NCBI GenBank assembly: GCA_963729895.1
Contig: CAVSQB010000026.1
Coordinates: forward strand, 1 to 64,000
Length of the DNA stretch: 64,000 bases
Reading direction: 5' to 3'
Source of the DNA: an uncultured Fibrobacterota bacterium
Lineage (GTDB): Bacteria > Fibrobacterota > Chitinivibrionia > Chitinivibrionales > FEN-1185
Translations under genes and position numbers: made by a program
Shown here: piece by piece, positions 48,740 through 58,343 of the stretch
Numbering within the stretch: the stretch's first letter is position 1
How the letters are laid out: each line of letters starts with the position of its first letter
Notes under the pieces: generated by a model
Databases searched by the model: none
Seen by the model: the letters and a program-made list of their open reading frames with translations, nothing else
Told to the model about the DNA's origin: nothing

Positions 48740-50529
48740 CGGCGGCCTCCCCGCCGCGGGACCGCAGGGTGCGCGGGCGGTTCCCGCCACCACATGATGA
48801 GATCTTTCTGCCCGCGAACGTCACTCAATTTGTACGAAACGGCGACCTTCTTGCCTGTAAACGGGTCTTCGCCCGTTGCATACACGGAGCACGATACGGT
48901 CATGGGGATCGGCATATATTCCTGCACTTGACGCGGCCGGATGCCCCTGCGCCTCAGGTACTCGCCGAGTTCCCGGGCGTCTGCATGCGTGCTGCCCGGA
49001 TGCCCGGCAATCAAATACGGCGCCAGGTACTGCTGCCTTCCGGCTCGCGCGCTCGCGTTTGCAAACAATTCCTCGAAGCGCGCCCAGCCCGTTTCTTCCG
49101 GCTTTCCCATCGCTGCAAGCACGGGACGCGCCACGTGCTCCGGCGCCACCGACAGCTGACCTCCGGTGGCCTTCTTGGCGATCACCTCGATGATCTCGGG
49201 CCAGAGCAGGGCGAGGTCCATGCGCACCCCCGAGTTTATTGACACATGCTTTACCCTGTCGAGCCCGCACACCGTTCGGATGAGATCGGCGAACGCCGAC
49301 TGGCCCGTGTGGAGGAACGCGCACGCCGACGGCGCCAGGCAGCTTCTCCTGCGGCAGGACGAGCCGTCTTCGGGACGTTTGCAGAACAGGCCGTACATGT
49401 TGGCGGTGGGCCCCCCAAGATCGGACACGACCCCCTTCCATCCGGGGAGCAACGACCGTTTTCTTATTTCGCGCGCCACGGATTCCTTGGACCTGCTCTG
49501 CACCGTCTTTCCCTGGTGTGCGCCCAGGCCGCAGAAATTGCAGCCGCCAAAGCACCCGCGCACCACGGTGACGGAGTCCTTTACCTGCTCGAACGCCGGA
49601 ATCGCCTGCGCGTAGGAAGGATGCGGCCGGTACGCAAACGGCAGTTCGTAGATGCGGTCGATTTCCCCCTGCGTCAACGGCTCCGCAGGTTTATTGACAA
49701 GTACCGCAAGGGTACCGCATTCCTGGAGCAACGCGGCATCGGGGTTCTCGTAGAACAGCCGGGTCATCCGCGAAAAAGCCCCCCTCGAACTTCTGATTTC
49801 GTCAAAGGACGGCAGGCGGACGAACCGGCGCTTTGGGTCCAATGCCGCCTGATCAAAAGCGTTCTTGCCCAGCCGCACGGCGGTACCTGGGATGTCAAGC
49901 ATTCCGTCGAGCGGCTCGCCCCGTTTGCAACGGGAGACGATCGCGCGCAAGGGGTGTTCGGCCATTCCGTACACAAGGAGCTCCGCCTTGGCGTCGAGCA
50001 GGAGCGGCTGGCGCAGCGTGTCGGACCAGTAGTCGTAGTGGACGATGCGGCGCAGGCTGGCCTCAACCCCGCCGATCACGATAGGCACGCCGCCAAAGGT
50101 CTGGCGCAGGGCGTTGCAATAGGCGATGGTGGCGCGGGCCGGCCTTTTGCCGGCAACACCGCCGGGAACATACGGGTCGTCGCTGCGCGGCTTTTTCTGG
50201 GCAGTGAACAGCGAAAGCATGGAGTCCACGTTCCCCGCCGTCACCCCGAAAAAATATCTGGGCGCACCGAGCGCGGAAAAATCGGCGGGGTTCTTTGCAT
50301 CGGGCATTGCGATGATACCCACGGAGCACCCGAGCGACTGAAGGTACCGGCCGACCACGGCGGCGCCGAACGCAGGGTGGTCGACATACGCGTCGCCCGT
50401 GACGATGATGACGTCGAGTTGTTCCATGCCCAAGGCCTGCATTTCTTCCCGCGAGGCGGGGAGAAATGAACCAGCCCCTGTAGTTTTCCCGGGAGAAAGG
50501 TCCATAGGTGGAAAATTATGTGATTGCAC
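48736..50529 (-). CDS. ygiQ: YgiQ-family radical SAM protein
   Basis: GDAYVDHP, GGVEASLRR, RGCFGGCNFC, DLGGPTANMY, APEH. Confidence 0.93.
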   Translation of the reverse strand: MQSHNFPPMDLSPGKTTGAGSFLPASREEMQALGMEQLDVIIVTGDAYVDHPAFGAAVVGRYLQSLGCSVGIIAMPDAKNPADFSALGAPRYFFGVTAGNVDSMLSLFTAQKKPRSDDPYVPGGVAGKRPARATIAYCNALRQTFGGVPIVIGGVEASLRRIVHYDYWSDTLRQPLLLDAKAELLVYGMAEHPLRAIVSRCKRGEPLDGMLDIPGTAVRLGKNAFDQAALDPKRRFVRLPSFDEIRSSRGAFSRMTRLFYENPDAALLQECGTLAVLVNKPAEPLTQGEIDRIYELPFAYRPHPSYAQAIPAFEQVKDSVTVVRGCFGGCNFCGLGAHQGKTVQSRSKESVAREIRKRSLLPGWKGVVSDLGGPTANMYGLFCKRPEDGSSCRRRSCLAPSACAFLHTGQSAFADLIRTVCGLDRVKHVSINSGVRMDLALLWPEIIEVIAKKATGGQLSVAPEHVARPVLAAMGKPEETGWARFEELFANASARAGRQQYLAPYLIAGHPGSTHADARELGEYLRRRGIRPRQVQEYMPIPMTVSCSVYATGEDPFTGKKVAVSYKLSDVRGQKDLIMWWREPPAHPAVPRRGGRR

Positions 50530-50664
50530 GCCCGGGAAGGTTATGGTTTGGGCAAAGGAAAGATTGTTGTATGAGCCGGAGTAGCCCTATGGACCCGGCG
50601 CCGGCATGAGACCGTTTCCACAATTGTTACCTTTGGCACCCGCATGCGGGATCGCGGAAGCTTG

Positions 50665-51363
50665 TTACCAGCACTTCTGTTTCGATTTCCATTTGTCGTC
50701 CCACTTCTTGAGCCAGGCGGCGAGATCGTCGGACGGCGTGCAGATTTTGTTGTCCTGGAAATCAACGTAGGTAAGGCCCTTCATCTTGGTAATGGTGGGT
50801 GGTAGGGTAATGAGCCGGTTGTTCATAAGGTACAGCTCGCGAAGCGACGCGAGCTTGCTTATTTCCTCGGGCAGCGAGGTGAAACGGTTGCCCCACAGTT
50901 GCAGCACCTTGAGCGACTTGAGCGCAAATAGCTCACGAGGCAGCATGGTAAGCTGGTTCTGGCGAAGGTCCAGTTCCTGCAGCGCGGTGCAGTTCCCCAG
51001 CTCGGGGGGTAATTCGGTTATCTGGTTGTACTGCAGGTCGAGCTTGACAAGATTTGCAAGTGCGCCGATTTCAGCAGGAATCTGGGTGATGTCGTTTCTG
51101 CCGAGAAGCAGCGTGGTGAGACCCGTGAGTTTTCCGATGTCGGGCGGGACACTCTTGATGCCGCCCTTCTCCATTTCTTTATTTGTCAAATCCAGATATA
51201 CTATCCTCCCGAGCGAGTCTGTTTTGATTACGCTCTCTACACTGGTGCTTTTCTGGCCGGCGCTGTCGAGAAAGGCCCGCACCACCGCAATCTCATCGGC
51301 ATTGCCCTGGCCGAACACCGATGCAACCGCCGCGGCGCCCAGCAAAACAACCATGTGCTTCAT
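50665..51363 (-). CDS. Secreted leucine-rich repeat protein
   Basis: Signal peptide; about 6 repeats of LxxLxLxxNx(L/I)TxLPxE(I/L). Confidence 0.9.
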   Translation of the reverse strand: MKHMVVLLGAAAVASVFGQGNADEIAVVRAFLDSAGQKSTSVESVIKTDSLGRIVYLDLTNKEMEKGGIKSVPPDIGKLTGLTTLLLGRNDITQIPAEIGALANLVKLDLQYNQITELPPELGNCTALQELDLRQNQLTMLPRELFALKSLKVLQLWGNRFTSLPEEISKLASLRELYLMNNRLITLPPTITKMKGLTYVDFQDNKICTPSDDLAAWLKKWDDKWKSKQKCW

Positions 51364-51411
51364 ACCAGCTCCCCTTGGAAACTCAGTTATGCATTTGTAA
51401 AGTGTGCCCTT

Positions 51412-51440
51412 AATATACTTCGGATGGGAAGTAAAGTCAA
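51412..51440 (-). promoter_or_regulatory. Sigma70-type promoter of the LRR gene
   Basis: TTGACT-N17-TATATT. Confidence 0.65.
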
Positions 51441-51679
51441 ATGAACCGGGCCGGCGCCGAAGGCTCGTGCTCGAAACCGGGGGTTTGCCGGCGCGGAATC
51501 TTCGCAGGGTCAAAACGCTCCACCCCGCCCGCACAAAATCACCGTTGCTTCACCCGCGAGTGAGATGCTTGCCCCCGAAGGAGCGTAATACGTAGTTTTG
51601 AAGCAGGTTGTTGTGGAGTGTCCGACTTGCCGTGATCAAGCAAGCGGCCTGCCGTTTTTCAGCCGTCGAAAGGCCTCCA

Positions 51680-51994
51680 GTGAAAACCCTTCACCTTGCC
51701 CTGATTGTGTCCGCGTCGGTCGTTGCCGTTTTTCTTTTCTCCTGCGCCGCGACGCAACCGCCGTTAATTTCGCATGTCAATGGCGCACCCGGATTCTTCA
51801 AAGGGCTCTGGCAGGGATTCATCGCGCCCATCGCCTTTATTGCCAGCCTTTTTTCGGATCACGTCAGGATCTACGCATTTCCCAACGCGGGCAAATGGTA
51901 CGATTTCGGATTCATGCTCGGAATCGGCGGATTTTCGGGAGGTGTTTTTGCCGGGTCGAGACGCACAAGGCGGGGCGCACGGGAGCAACGGTGA
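51680..51994 (+). CDS. Small membrane lipoprotein, hypothetical
   Basis: Lipobox LFSC; GFFKGLWQGF...IY..PN.G.WYDFGF motif; stop overlaps the next start. Confidence 0.8.
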   Translation: MKTLHLALIVSASVVAVFLFSCAATQPPLISHVNGAPGFFKGLWQGFIAPIAFIASLFSDHVRIYAFPNAGKWYDFGFMLGIGGFSGGVFAGSRRTRRGAREQR

Positions 51995-52860
51995 AATTCC
52001 TCACCCACCGTGTCGAATACATTGGACTCAGGATGGCCGAGATCCTCATGCTGGCGCCCCGCCCGGTTGCACTGTGGTTCGGGGCGGCAATCGGATCGAT
52101 GTTGTATTATGCAGGCGTGTATCGGAAGGTGGTTGAGCGGAATTTCGACCACACCGCTCTTTTTGACGAACGGGACAAACGGAAAATCATCAGGAGCCTC
52201 TACGCCAACATCGGCAGGTACGGGTCCGATTTCCTGCGCGCCGGCCGCACGCCCCCGCCGTACACCGTGGAAAACCTGGCCGCCGTCACCCGTGCCCTCT
52301 CCAAAGGCAAGGGCATGATCGCCGTTCTTGCACATTTCGGAAACTGGGAACTGCTCGCCTCAATTTTCGGATCGCATTTTCCCGACCTCAACGTGCTCGC
52401 CCGCCCCATGCACAACCCGTTGGTGGAACGATGGCTGTTTGCAAAACGGAAGAGTGCCAAGGTAACGCCCATCTACGCGTCAGGCGCGCTCCGCAAGATA
52501 GTGACCGTTCTCGGCCGCAACGGGATAATCGCCATGCTCATAGACCAGTACGCCGGGGAGCAAGGCACGCCCGTTCCCTTTCTCGGCAAGCCGGCCAACA
52601 CGGTCCGCACCGCGGCGGGAATTATTCACAAAACGGACTGCGGCGTCGTGCTCCCCTACGCGCTGCTGCAGCCGGACGGGTCGTACCGCGTCGTGATCGA
52701 AACTGCCCCAGCCATTGCCGTGTCACGGGACGGCAAGGAGGCGTTCATTGCGGCGGTCCAGCTCGCGCACAACGACGTGCTGTCTCGATGGATCAGGAAT
52801 TACCCGGACCATTATTTCGGATGGTTTCACCGGAGGTTCAAAGATGCGGTTTCGTATTAA
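51991..52860 (+). CDS. Lipid A late acyltransferase (LpxL/HtrB family)
   Basis: AHFGNWE (Hx4E), LIDQ, PFLG, W.HRRFK. Confidence 0.9.
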   Translation: MKFLTHRVEYIGLRMAEILMLAPRPVALWFGAAIGSMLYYAGVYRKVVERNFDHTALFDERDKRKIIRSLYANIGRYGSDFLRAGRTPPPYTVENLAAVTRALSKGKGMIAVLAHFGNWELLASIFGSHFPDLNVLARPMHNPLVERWLFAKRKSAKVTPIYASGALRKIVTVLGRNGIIAMLIDQYAGEQGTPVPFLGKPANTVRTAAGIIHKTDCGVVLPYALLQPDGSYRVVIETAPAIAVSRDGKEAFIAAVQLAHNDVLSRWIRNYPDHYFGWFHRRFKDAVSY

Positions 52861-52877
52861 CTGTCAATCTATTCCCG

Positions 52878-53786
52878 TTAGAATTCCTGGATCCACAGCG
52901 GCCGGTACCCGTCGTACAAGCCTTCCCGGTAGTTGAGCATCACGATCTCGGTCTTCTTCCCGCGCTTGATATTCACAATGAACCGGTCGATTGTTTCCCG
53001 GGAAATAAAAAGGCCCTTGCCGTGTTCGTCAAGCAGGCCGATGGATACGCCGTTGTCCCCTTTGGTGGCATTGCGTTCGAGCCAGTAGAGAACTTCCTCT
53101 TTTTTCAAAATACCCTTCTGGTCACGCACGGCGACGCCCGCCTTCTCCTCGTCGGCGCCCCACTCGATGAAGATTTCCTCGTCGGCCGAAAGGTTCACCA
53201 CGAGCGGCCACGACTCCTTCCTGTCGCCCCGCTCGCTTTTTGCGCCGTAGTACACCGCATTGATGATAATCTCGTTAAGCACCTGCCTGAACGTGCGCTT
53301 GTGCCGGAGGTCGGGCATTTCCGCTATGATTTTCTGTATGACCCCTTCGATTTCGTTGGTGCTGCGGATACGAATCTGCTGGATGCCGCCGTGCACGTAG
53401 CGGTCGAGGCCGAACACGTCTTCGGACAGGATGTTCTTGACAAGCAGCCGCACCTCCTCGAAATTGAACGGCGTCGTCTTGGTGATGATGTTGCCGATAT
53501 TATAGTGCTTCGCCATGTACAGGTAGTCGCGGACGTCGTAGGCCGTGATGAGCGCGCTTTTGAGCGACGGATACAGGCGGCCCGCTTCCTTGATAAGCTC
53601 AAATCCCTTCATTCCCGGCATGTTGATATCAGAGAGAAGGAGGTCGAACGGCCCGGCGCTCAGGCGCTGAAGCGCTTCTTTCGCATCGCACGCGGTGGCC
53701 ACCGCGTACCCTTCGTCCCTGAGGAACTCGGAGAGCACGTCGAGGAAGTCCGCCTCGTCGTCAACCAGCAGCAGTTTTTCGTTCAT
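52878..53786 (-). CDS. Response regulator with C-terminal RsbW-like HATPase domain
   Basis: LLVDDE, SDINMPG receiver; VLNEIIINA, VRDQKG, GKGLFI. Confidence 0.85.
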   Translation of the reverse strand: MNEKLLLVDDEADFLDVLSEFLRDEGYAVATACDAKEALQRLSAGPFDLLLSDINMPGMKGFELIKEAGRLYPSLKSALITAYDVRDYLYMAKHYNIGNIITKTTPFNFEEVRLLVKNILSEDVFGLDRYVHGGIQQIRIRSTNEIEGVIQKIIAEMPDLRHKRTFRQVLNEIIINAVYYGAKSERGDRKESWPLVVNLSADEEIFIEWGADEEKAGVAVRDQKGILKKEEVLYWLERNATKGDNGVSIGLLDEHGKGLFISRETIDRFIVNIKRGKKTEIVMLNYREGLYDGYRPLWIQEF

Positions 53787-55293
53787 ACACCTTTCTCTTT
53801 CCCGAGGGGAGCCGCACAAAAAATGACGTGTTCTGCGGTTCGGACGCGAACCAGATTTCTCCCCCGGAATCCTGGATGATCTTGTACGCCACGGCGAGAC
53901 CGAGACCCGTCCCTTTGCCCGGTTCTTTTGTGGTAAAGAAGGGATCGAATATCCTGTCTTTGGCGGCCGACTCGATGCCGGAGCCGGTGTCGTGGATCTC
54001 CACGAGCACCGTGTCCTGCGCGTCGGCCCTCGTACTGAGCCGAAGCACGCCTTTGCCCGACATGGCATCGGCTGCATTGAGCACGATGTTGAGGAATATC
54101 TGGACAAACCGGGAACGGTCGCCGAACACCACAAGTCCCGCCCGGTAGTCCTTTTCCATCGTTATGCCGTCGAATATGCTCAGATATTCCACGTGCGCGA
54201 GGGTTTCGTCGAGAACGTCTTCTACTTTGTGAAGCATCGGTTGTGTGGCCTTGTAGCGTGTGTAGTCGAGAAGGCTGTTGAGGATGGAGGCGCACCTGTT
54301 CACCTGGCCGTCAATCGATTCGAAGTTCTTGGCCGCCCACTCCTTGTTCCATTCCGTTTTCTTGAGCGCCATCTGCGATCGCGCGCTGATGATGGACAGG
54401 GGATTGCGCAGTTCGTGCGCAAGCCCGGACAGCATGGTGCTCACGGTCGCGAGCTTTTCCGATCTATAAAGTTGGGCGGTGGTATTCTCCTGCTCCGAAA
54501 TGTCGTTGATGAGCATAAGAAGGCCGACGGGGTTGTGCGCGTGGTCGTTCATCCGGTAGTTGGCGATTTCCAGCACGGCATCGTCGACCGTGATCTTCTT
54601 CATTTCGTGCCGCTTCCATTGGCCGGAGATCCTTGTGAGCGCATTCTCCACGAAGCGCGATATCTTTTCGGGAAATACCTCGCGATACGCGGCGCCAACG
54701 ATATCGTTCTTTGTCAGTTTGAGCAGTCTGCGGGCATACTCGTTGATAAGGAAGATATTTCCCGTTGTGTCAACAACCACAAGGCCTGAGGTGATGGACC
54801 CGGTGATGTTGACATTGATCTCCCGTTCGTGCTCCACAATGCGGTTGCGGAGGTTCATTTCCTTCTGCAGGAGATCTTTTTCGTCGGCCGCCTGCTGGTA
54901 GGCTCGCACCACGGTGTCGAGCCCGGCCCCCAGGTACATGCGGTCGATCCTGCTCGTGGCAAGCCCGTTTGCCACCTCGTACGCGTACACGCGTTCGAGT
55001 GTCCCTTCGTCAAGCGCGCGTCTGAGCGCGGGGGAAATGCGGCCCGGGTCGCTTATGTACACGGCGATGGGCACGCCGTTGCTTACGAAATAGAGCCGTT
55101 CCATGTCTTCGGCCATTGCCCCGCCGATGGCTTCCTGGCTGATGAGCACCACGGCAAACGGGACGTCTATGTCGAGAATGGAGGGTATGTCGGGCACGAG
55201 GAGCGGGTTGTACCCGTGTGACAACAGCTGGCTGCTCAGCTCGGGGACATCGATGGTGACAAGAAGGACGTTCGCGATATTCATGTGGTGCAT
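53761..55293 (-). CDS. Cytoplasmic PAS-domain histidine kinase
   Basis: PAS, LAHELRNPL H-box, N-box, DTGSG, FDPFFTTK, GTGLGL. Confidence 0.95.
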   Translation of the reverse strand: MHHMNIANVLLVTIDVPELSSQLLSHGYNPLLVPDIPSILDIDVPFAVVLISQEAIGGAMAEDMERLYFVSNGVPIAVYISDPGRISPALRRALDEGTLERVYAYEVANGLATSRIDRMYLGAGLDTVVRAYQQAADEKDLLQKEMNLRNRIVEHEREINVNITGSITSGLVVVDTTGNIFLINEYARRLLKLTKNDIVGAAYREVFPEKISRFVENALTRISGQWKRHEMKKITVDDAVLEIANYRMNDHAHNPVGLLMLINDISEQENTTAQLYRSEKLATVSTMLSGLAHELRNPLSIISARSQMALKKTEWNKEWAAKNFESIDGQVNRCASILNSLLDYTRYKATQPMLHKVEDVLDETLAHVEYLSIFDGITMEKDYRAGLVVFGDRSRFVQIFLNIVLNAADAMSGKGVLRLSTRADAQDTVLVEIHDTGSGIESAAKDRIFDPFFTTKEPGKGTGLGLAVAYKIIQDSGGEIWFASEPQNTSFFVRLPSGKRKVYERKTAAG

Positions 55294-55412
55294 CCGTCGT
55301 ACGCCGGACCGAACGCGTTGCGGTCCGGCGGTGAATCCGTAAAAACGGGCATTCTCTATTATATCCTGTTTGGAGCGCCATGTCCATGCCTGAACCGCCT
55401 ACCTTTTCAGGC

Positions 55413-56717
55413 CGCATTGCCTCAAATTAAATGTAACCGAAGGCTTAATCGAAACACGCACCAATTGATTCGTTGCCTCATAATTAAGGTAACCCAAGAA
55501 AAAAGGGGGTTACCACTATGGGGCACAAAGAAAAAGAAGCATATCGGGAAGCGATACGACAACGATATGCCCATTCCAACAGAGCCGGCAAAAAGCAGAT
55601 TCTCGATGAGTTTTGTGCGATTTGCCGATACAATCGCAAGTACGCTATCCGGCTACTTGGAAAACGCAAACAGAAACAAAAAGCCAAGCGTGGAAGAAGA
55701 CCCTTATATGCTGAACCGCTTTTTATTAAGGCGTTACAGTACATCTGGAAAGCCTCTGATTTCATGTGCTCTCGCCGCCTTAAGGTTGTCATTCCAGTAT
55801 GGCTGCCATTCTACGAACAATCCTTTGAACTGCTTTCCGAGGAAGTCCGTGCGCGGCTCCTCTCTGTCAGCCGCTCCACGCTTGACCGCGTCCTATGCCC
55901 TTTACGTACGCGTATGGGCAAGGGATTGTGCGGCACCAAGCCCGGCTCCATGCTGCGCAATCAAATCCCCATCCGTACCGACAACTGGGATATTACCCAG
56001 CCTGGATTCATGGAGGCGGATACGGTTGCCCATTGCGGCACCAGCCTTGCCGGAGAATTTGTGTGGAGCCTTATCATGACTGACATCCATACTGCTTGGA
56101 CCGAAGGCCGTGCTGTGTGGAATAAGGGCTCCCAGGGTGTCATTGAGCAGGTTAAAGACATCGAACGACGAATACCTTTTGCCCTGCGTGGCTTTGACTG
56201 TGATAACGGGTCCGAGTTCCTCAACTATCATCTCGAACGCTACTTCGCCGTGCGACAAGACCCTGTAAAGTTCACCCGGTCACGTCCCTACAAGAAAAAC
56301 GACAACGCCCATGTCGAACAGAAAAACTGGGCGCAGGCCAGGCACATGCTTGGTTATGATCGGATCGAAAACCCCGACACGCTTCCCCTCATTAACGACC
56401 TCTATGCCAACGAGTGGTCTCTCTATCAAAACCACTTCTGTCCATCGCTGAAACTCAAATCTAAAATCCGGATAGGATCTCGATACCGCAAGACCTATGA
56501 AGAACCGAAAACTCCCTATCAAAGAATCGTTGAATCACCTTACATAGCTTCAGAAGTCAAGCAAAGCCTTGAACTGACCCACCGTGCTCTCAATCCATTC
56601 CAATTAAAAAAGACTATCGAAAGAAAACTCAAAACCATTTTCAACCTTGTTACGGTTACCTCATTTGTGAGGCATCGAATCTGACCCTTCGGTTACCTTT
56701 TATTATGAGGCAACACG
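55413..56717 (+). mobile_element. 1305-bp IS, copy 2 (same orientation as copy 1)
   Basis: Same ends; 4-bp target duplication AGGC (55409-12 and 56718-21). Confidence 0.92.
55518..56684 (+). CDS. Integrase-core (rve/DDE) transposase, identical protein to 41965..43131
   Basis: Identical 388-aa translation in the ORF track. Confidence 0.9.
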   Translation: MGHKEKEAYREAIRQRYAHSNRAGKKQILDEFCAICRYNRKYAIRLLGKRKQKQKAKRGRRPLYAEPLFIKALQYIWKASDFMCSRRLKVVIPVWLPFYEQSFELLSEEVRARLLSVSRSTLDRVLCPLRTRMGKGLCGTKPGSMLRNQIPIRTDNWDITQPGFMEADTVAHCGTSLAGEFVWSLIMTDIHTAWTEGRAVWNKGSQGVIEQVKDIERRIPFALRGFDCDNGSEFLNYHLERYFAVRQDPVKFTRSRPYKKNDNAHVEQKNWAQARHMLGYDRIENPDTLPLINDLYANEWSLYQNHFCPSLKLKSKIRIGSRYRKTYEEPKTPYQRIVESPYIASEVKQSLELTHRALNPFQLKKTIERKLKTIFNLVTVTSFVRHRI

Positions 56718-57478
56718 AGGCGCGCCATCAGCCGTCGCCCCTCTGCCTGGAGCGTATCATCCTGATGCCAGGCTCGCGGATAGGACGCCATGCGTTCCAG
56801 AATGTCGATTGCTTCTTTCCTGCGTCCCATTGCGACGTACGTCCGGGCAAGCTCCAAATTGGCGTACACATTTTGCGGCGCAAGGTCTGTCGCCTTCAGA
56901 AGCGAACGCTCCGATTCGGCAAGCGTCCCCCGGGGCGCCCATCCGTAGAAAATGCCGGCCAGCGTCCGCAGGATCGGGCTCGCCTCCGCGACCTCCCTGC
57001 AATAGGCTCCCAAGACGATATACGCGGGAGCGAACCCGGGGGCTTTCGCAATTGACGTGCGAATATTGGAATCGATGATCCGTGCCAAACTGATCCGCTG
57101 CAGCCCGGTTTTGTATTCTTCGAGATCGGCGGCGGCAACAGCGGTGAGAAAATAGGACTGGCCCGAATCGGGGTACCGTTTTCGAAGGGTGTCGGCATAC
57201 CGTAGTCCCTCTAGATACAGCGTATCGGATTTTCTCGAGTACATGTCTTCGCCCGCATCGATGAACGCACGCGCGGTTTTCATGATGGCATCGTATCTGT
57301 CAGGGCATTCGCTCGCCGCTCGGGAAAACCTTTTGAGGGCCGTTGCGTTGTCGAACCGTGCATACGCGGCGTCCCCGGAGTCGAGCTGCACCTGGCACGG
57401 CGGCGTTTCGGCGCGCACAAGCAACGCTTGCAGTATCACCGCCGCACAAGCCCACGCGCGTATACCCTGCACGATCAT
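56693..57478 (-). CDS. Secreted TPR/helical-repeat protein with C-terminus altered by the IS
   Basis: Start MIVQGIRAW overlaps the methyltransferase stop (ATGA); signal peptide; TPR-like helices. Confidence 0.8.
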   Translation of the reverse strand: MIVQGIRAWACAAVILQALLVRAETPPCQVQLDSGDAAYARFDNATALKRFSRAASECPDRYDAIMKTARAFIDAGEDMYSRKSDTLYLEGLRYADTLRKRYPDSGQSYFLTAVAAADLEEYKTGLQRISLARIIDSNIRTSIAKAPGFAPAYIVLGAYCREVAEASPILRTLAGIFYGWAPRGTLAESERSLLKATDLAPQNVYANLELARTYVAMGRRKEAIDILERMASYPRAWHQDDTLQAEGRRLMARLVLPHNKR

Positions 57479-58251
57479 GACGCCGTCTCCGCAATAGCAC
57501 TGACGGATGCTCCCGTCTGCAGCAGTCCCGTTTCCTTCAGGCAACAGAGGAACACTCTTCCCGGGTGCAGCGTGCCCACCATGAAAGGCGTTGGAAAAGA
57601 CGCCCGCGTCGCCAGATCGGCCAATTCCTGCTTGAGAAACCCCTTGCGAATAGAGAGCCTTCCGTCGTGACGGGACAAACCGCTATGCAAGAAAGCCTGG
57701 CTGAACAGTGCGAACCCGGCGTATGCCGGAGCGCTGCGGGCCAGATCGTTGATGAGAAAACCGCAACGCGAAACATCATGGATCTTCTTGATAAGCCCGG
57801 GGATCTCGGTTGATTCAATGTGGTGCAGGAAATGATTGGAGAAGATATAGTCGATGCGACTGTCTATTTCGTCTAATGAAGACGCCGATGCTTCGCAAAC
57901 TATGATGTCGCTTCGGCCGTGCGCGGCACGCCTGCAGTATGCAACCGCCCGGGGATCGTTGTCGATGCATAGGACCCGCACGTTCAAACCGTTGTGGCGG
58001 CACACTCCAGTAAACCACAAGGCAAAATCGCACCCGCCCGCGCCGAGGTCGGCCACAATAAGTTCCCTGCCGCCCTGCTTCAGCATGTGGGGTAGAAGAT
58101 ACCGTTTGACAAGTGTGCGGCTGCGGGAAAACAACAGGTTGACGATCCTGAAATCCCGCAGCGTGCGGATCAATTCCTCTTCCGATCCTGTGGTATCGTC
58201 CATCCGCTCAGGCACAAAAAAACGCGCGGACATGTCGGGTATTTGAAACAT
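57475..58251 (-). CDS. SAM methyltransferase of the type found beside bacterial type III PKS
   Basis: ERMDD...VN, ADLGAGG, SNHFLHH, INDL.R, HDG.LSI.KGF; start could also be 58233. Confidence 0.85.
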   Translation of the reverse strand: MFQIPDMSARFFVPERMDDTTGSEEELIRTLRDFRIVNLLFSRSRTLVKRYLLPHMLKQGGRELIVADLGAGGCDFALWFTGVCRHNGLNVRVLCIDNDPRAVAYCRRAAHGRSDIIVCEASASSLDEIDSRIDYIFSNHFLHHIESTEIPGLIKKIHDVSRCGFLINDLARSAPAYAGFALFSQAFLHSGLSRHDGRLSIRKGFLKQELADLATRASFPTPFMVGTLHPGRVFLCCLKETGLLQTGASVSAIAETAS

Positions 58252-58279
58252 GGCGACCCGATAGTAGTTTGTAGTGAAG

Positions 58280-58312
58280 GCCCGATCCGCGAAAGAACGC
58301 TTCGGATCGGGC
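58280..58312. repeat. Hairpin in the short divergent intergenic region
   Basis: 10-bp arms GCCCGATCCG/CGGATCGGGC. Confidence 0.55.
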
Positions 58313-58343
58313 ATCTTTTACAAGTAGCCGCAACATTCATACC

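Noticed and set aside
41860..56717. Composite transposon formed by the two direct IS copies
   Set aside because: Each copy has its own 4-bp target duplication, so they are independent insertions; the enclosed genes are housekeeping
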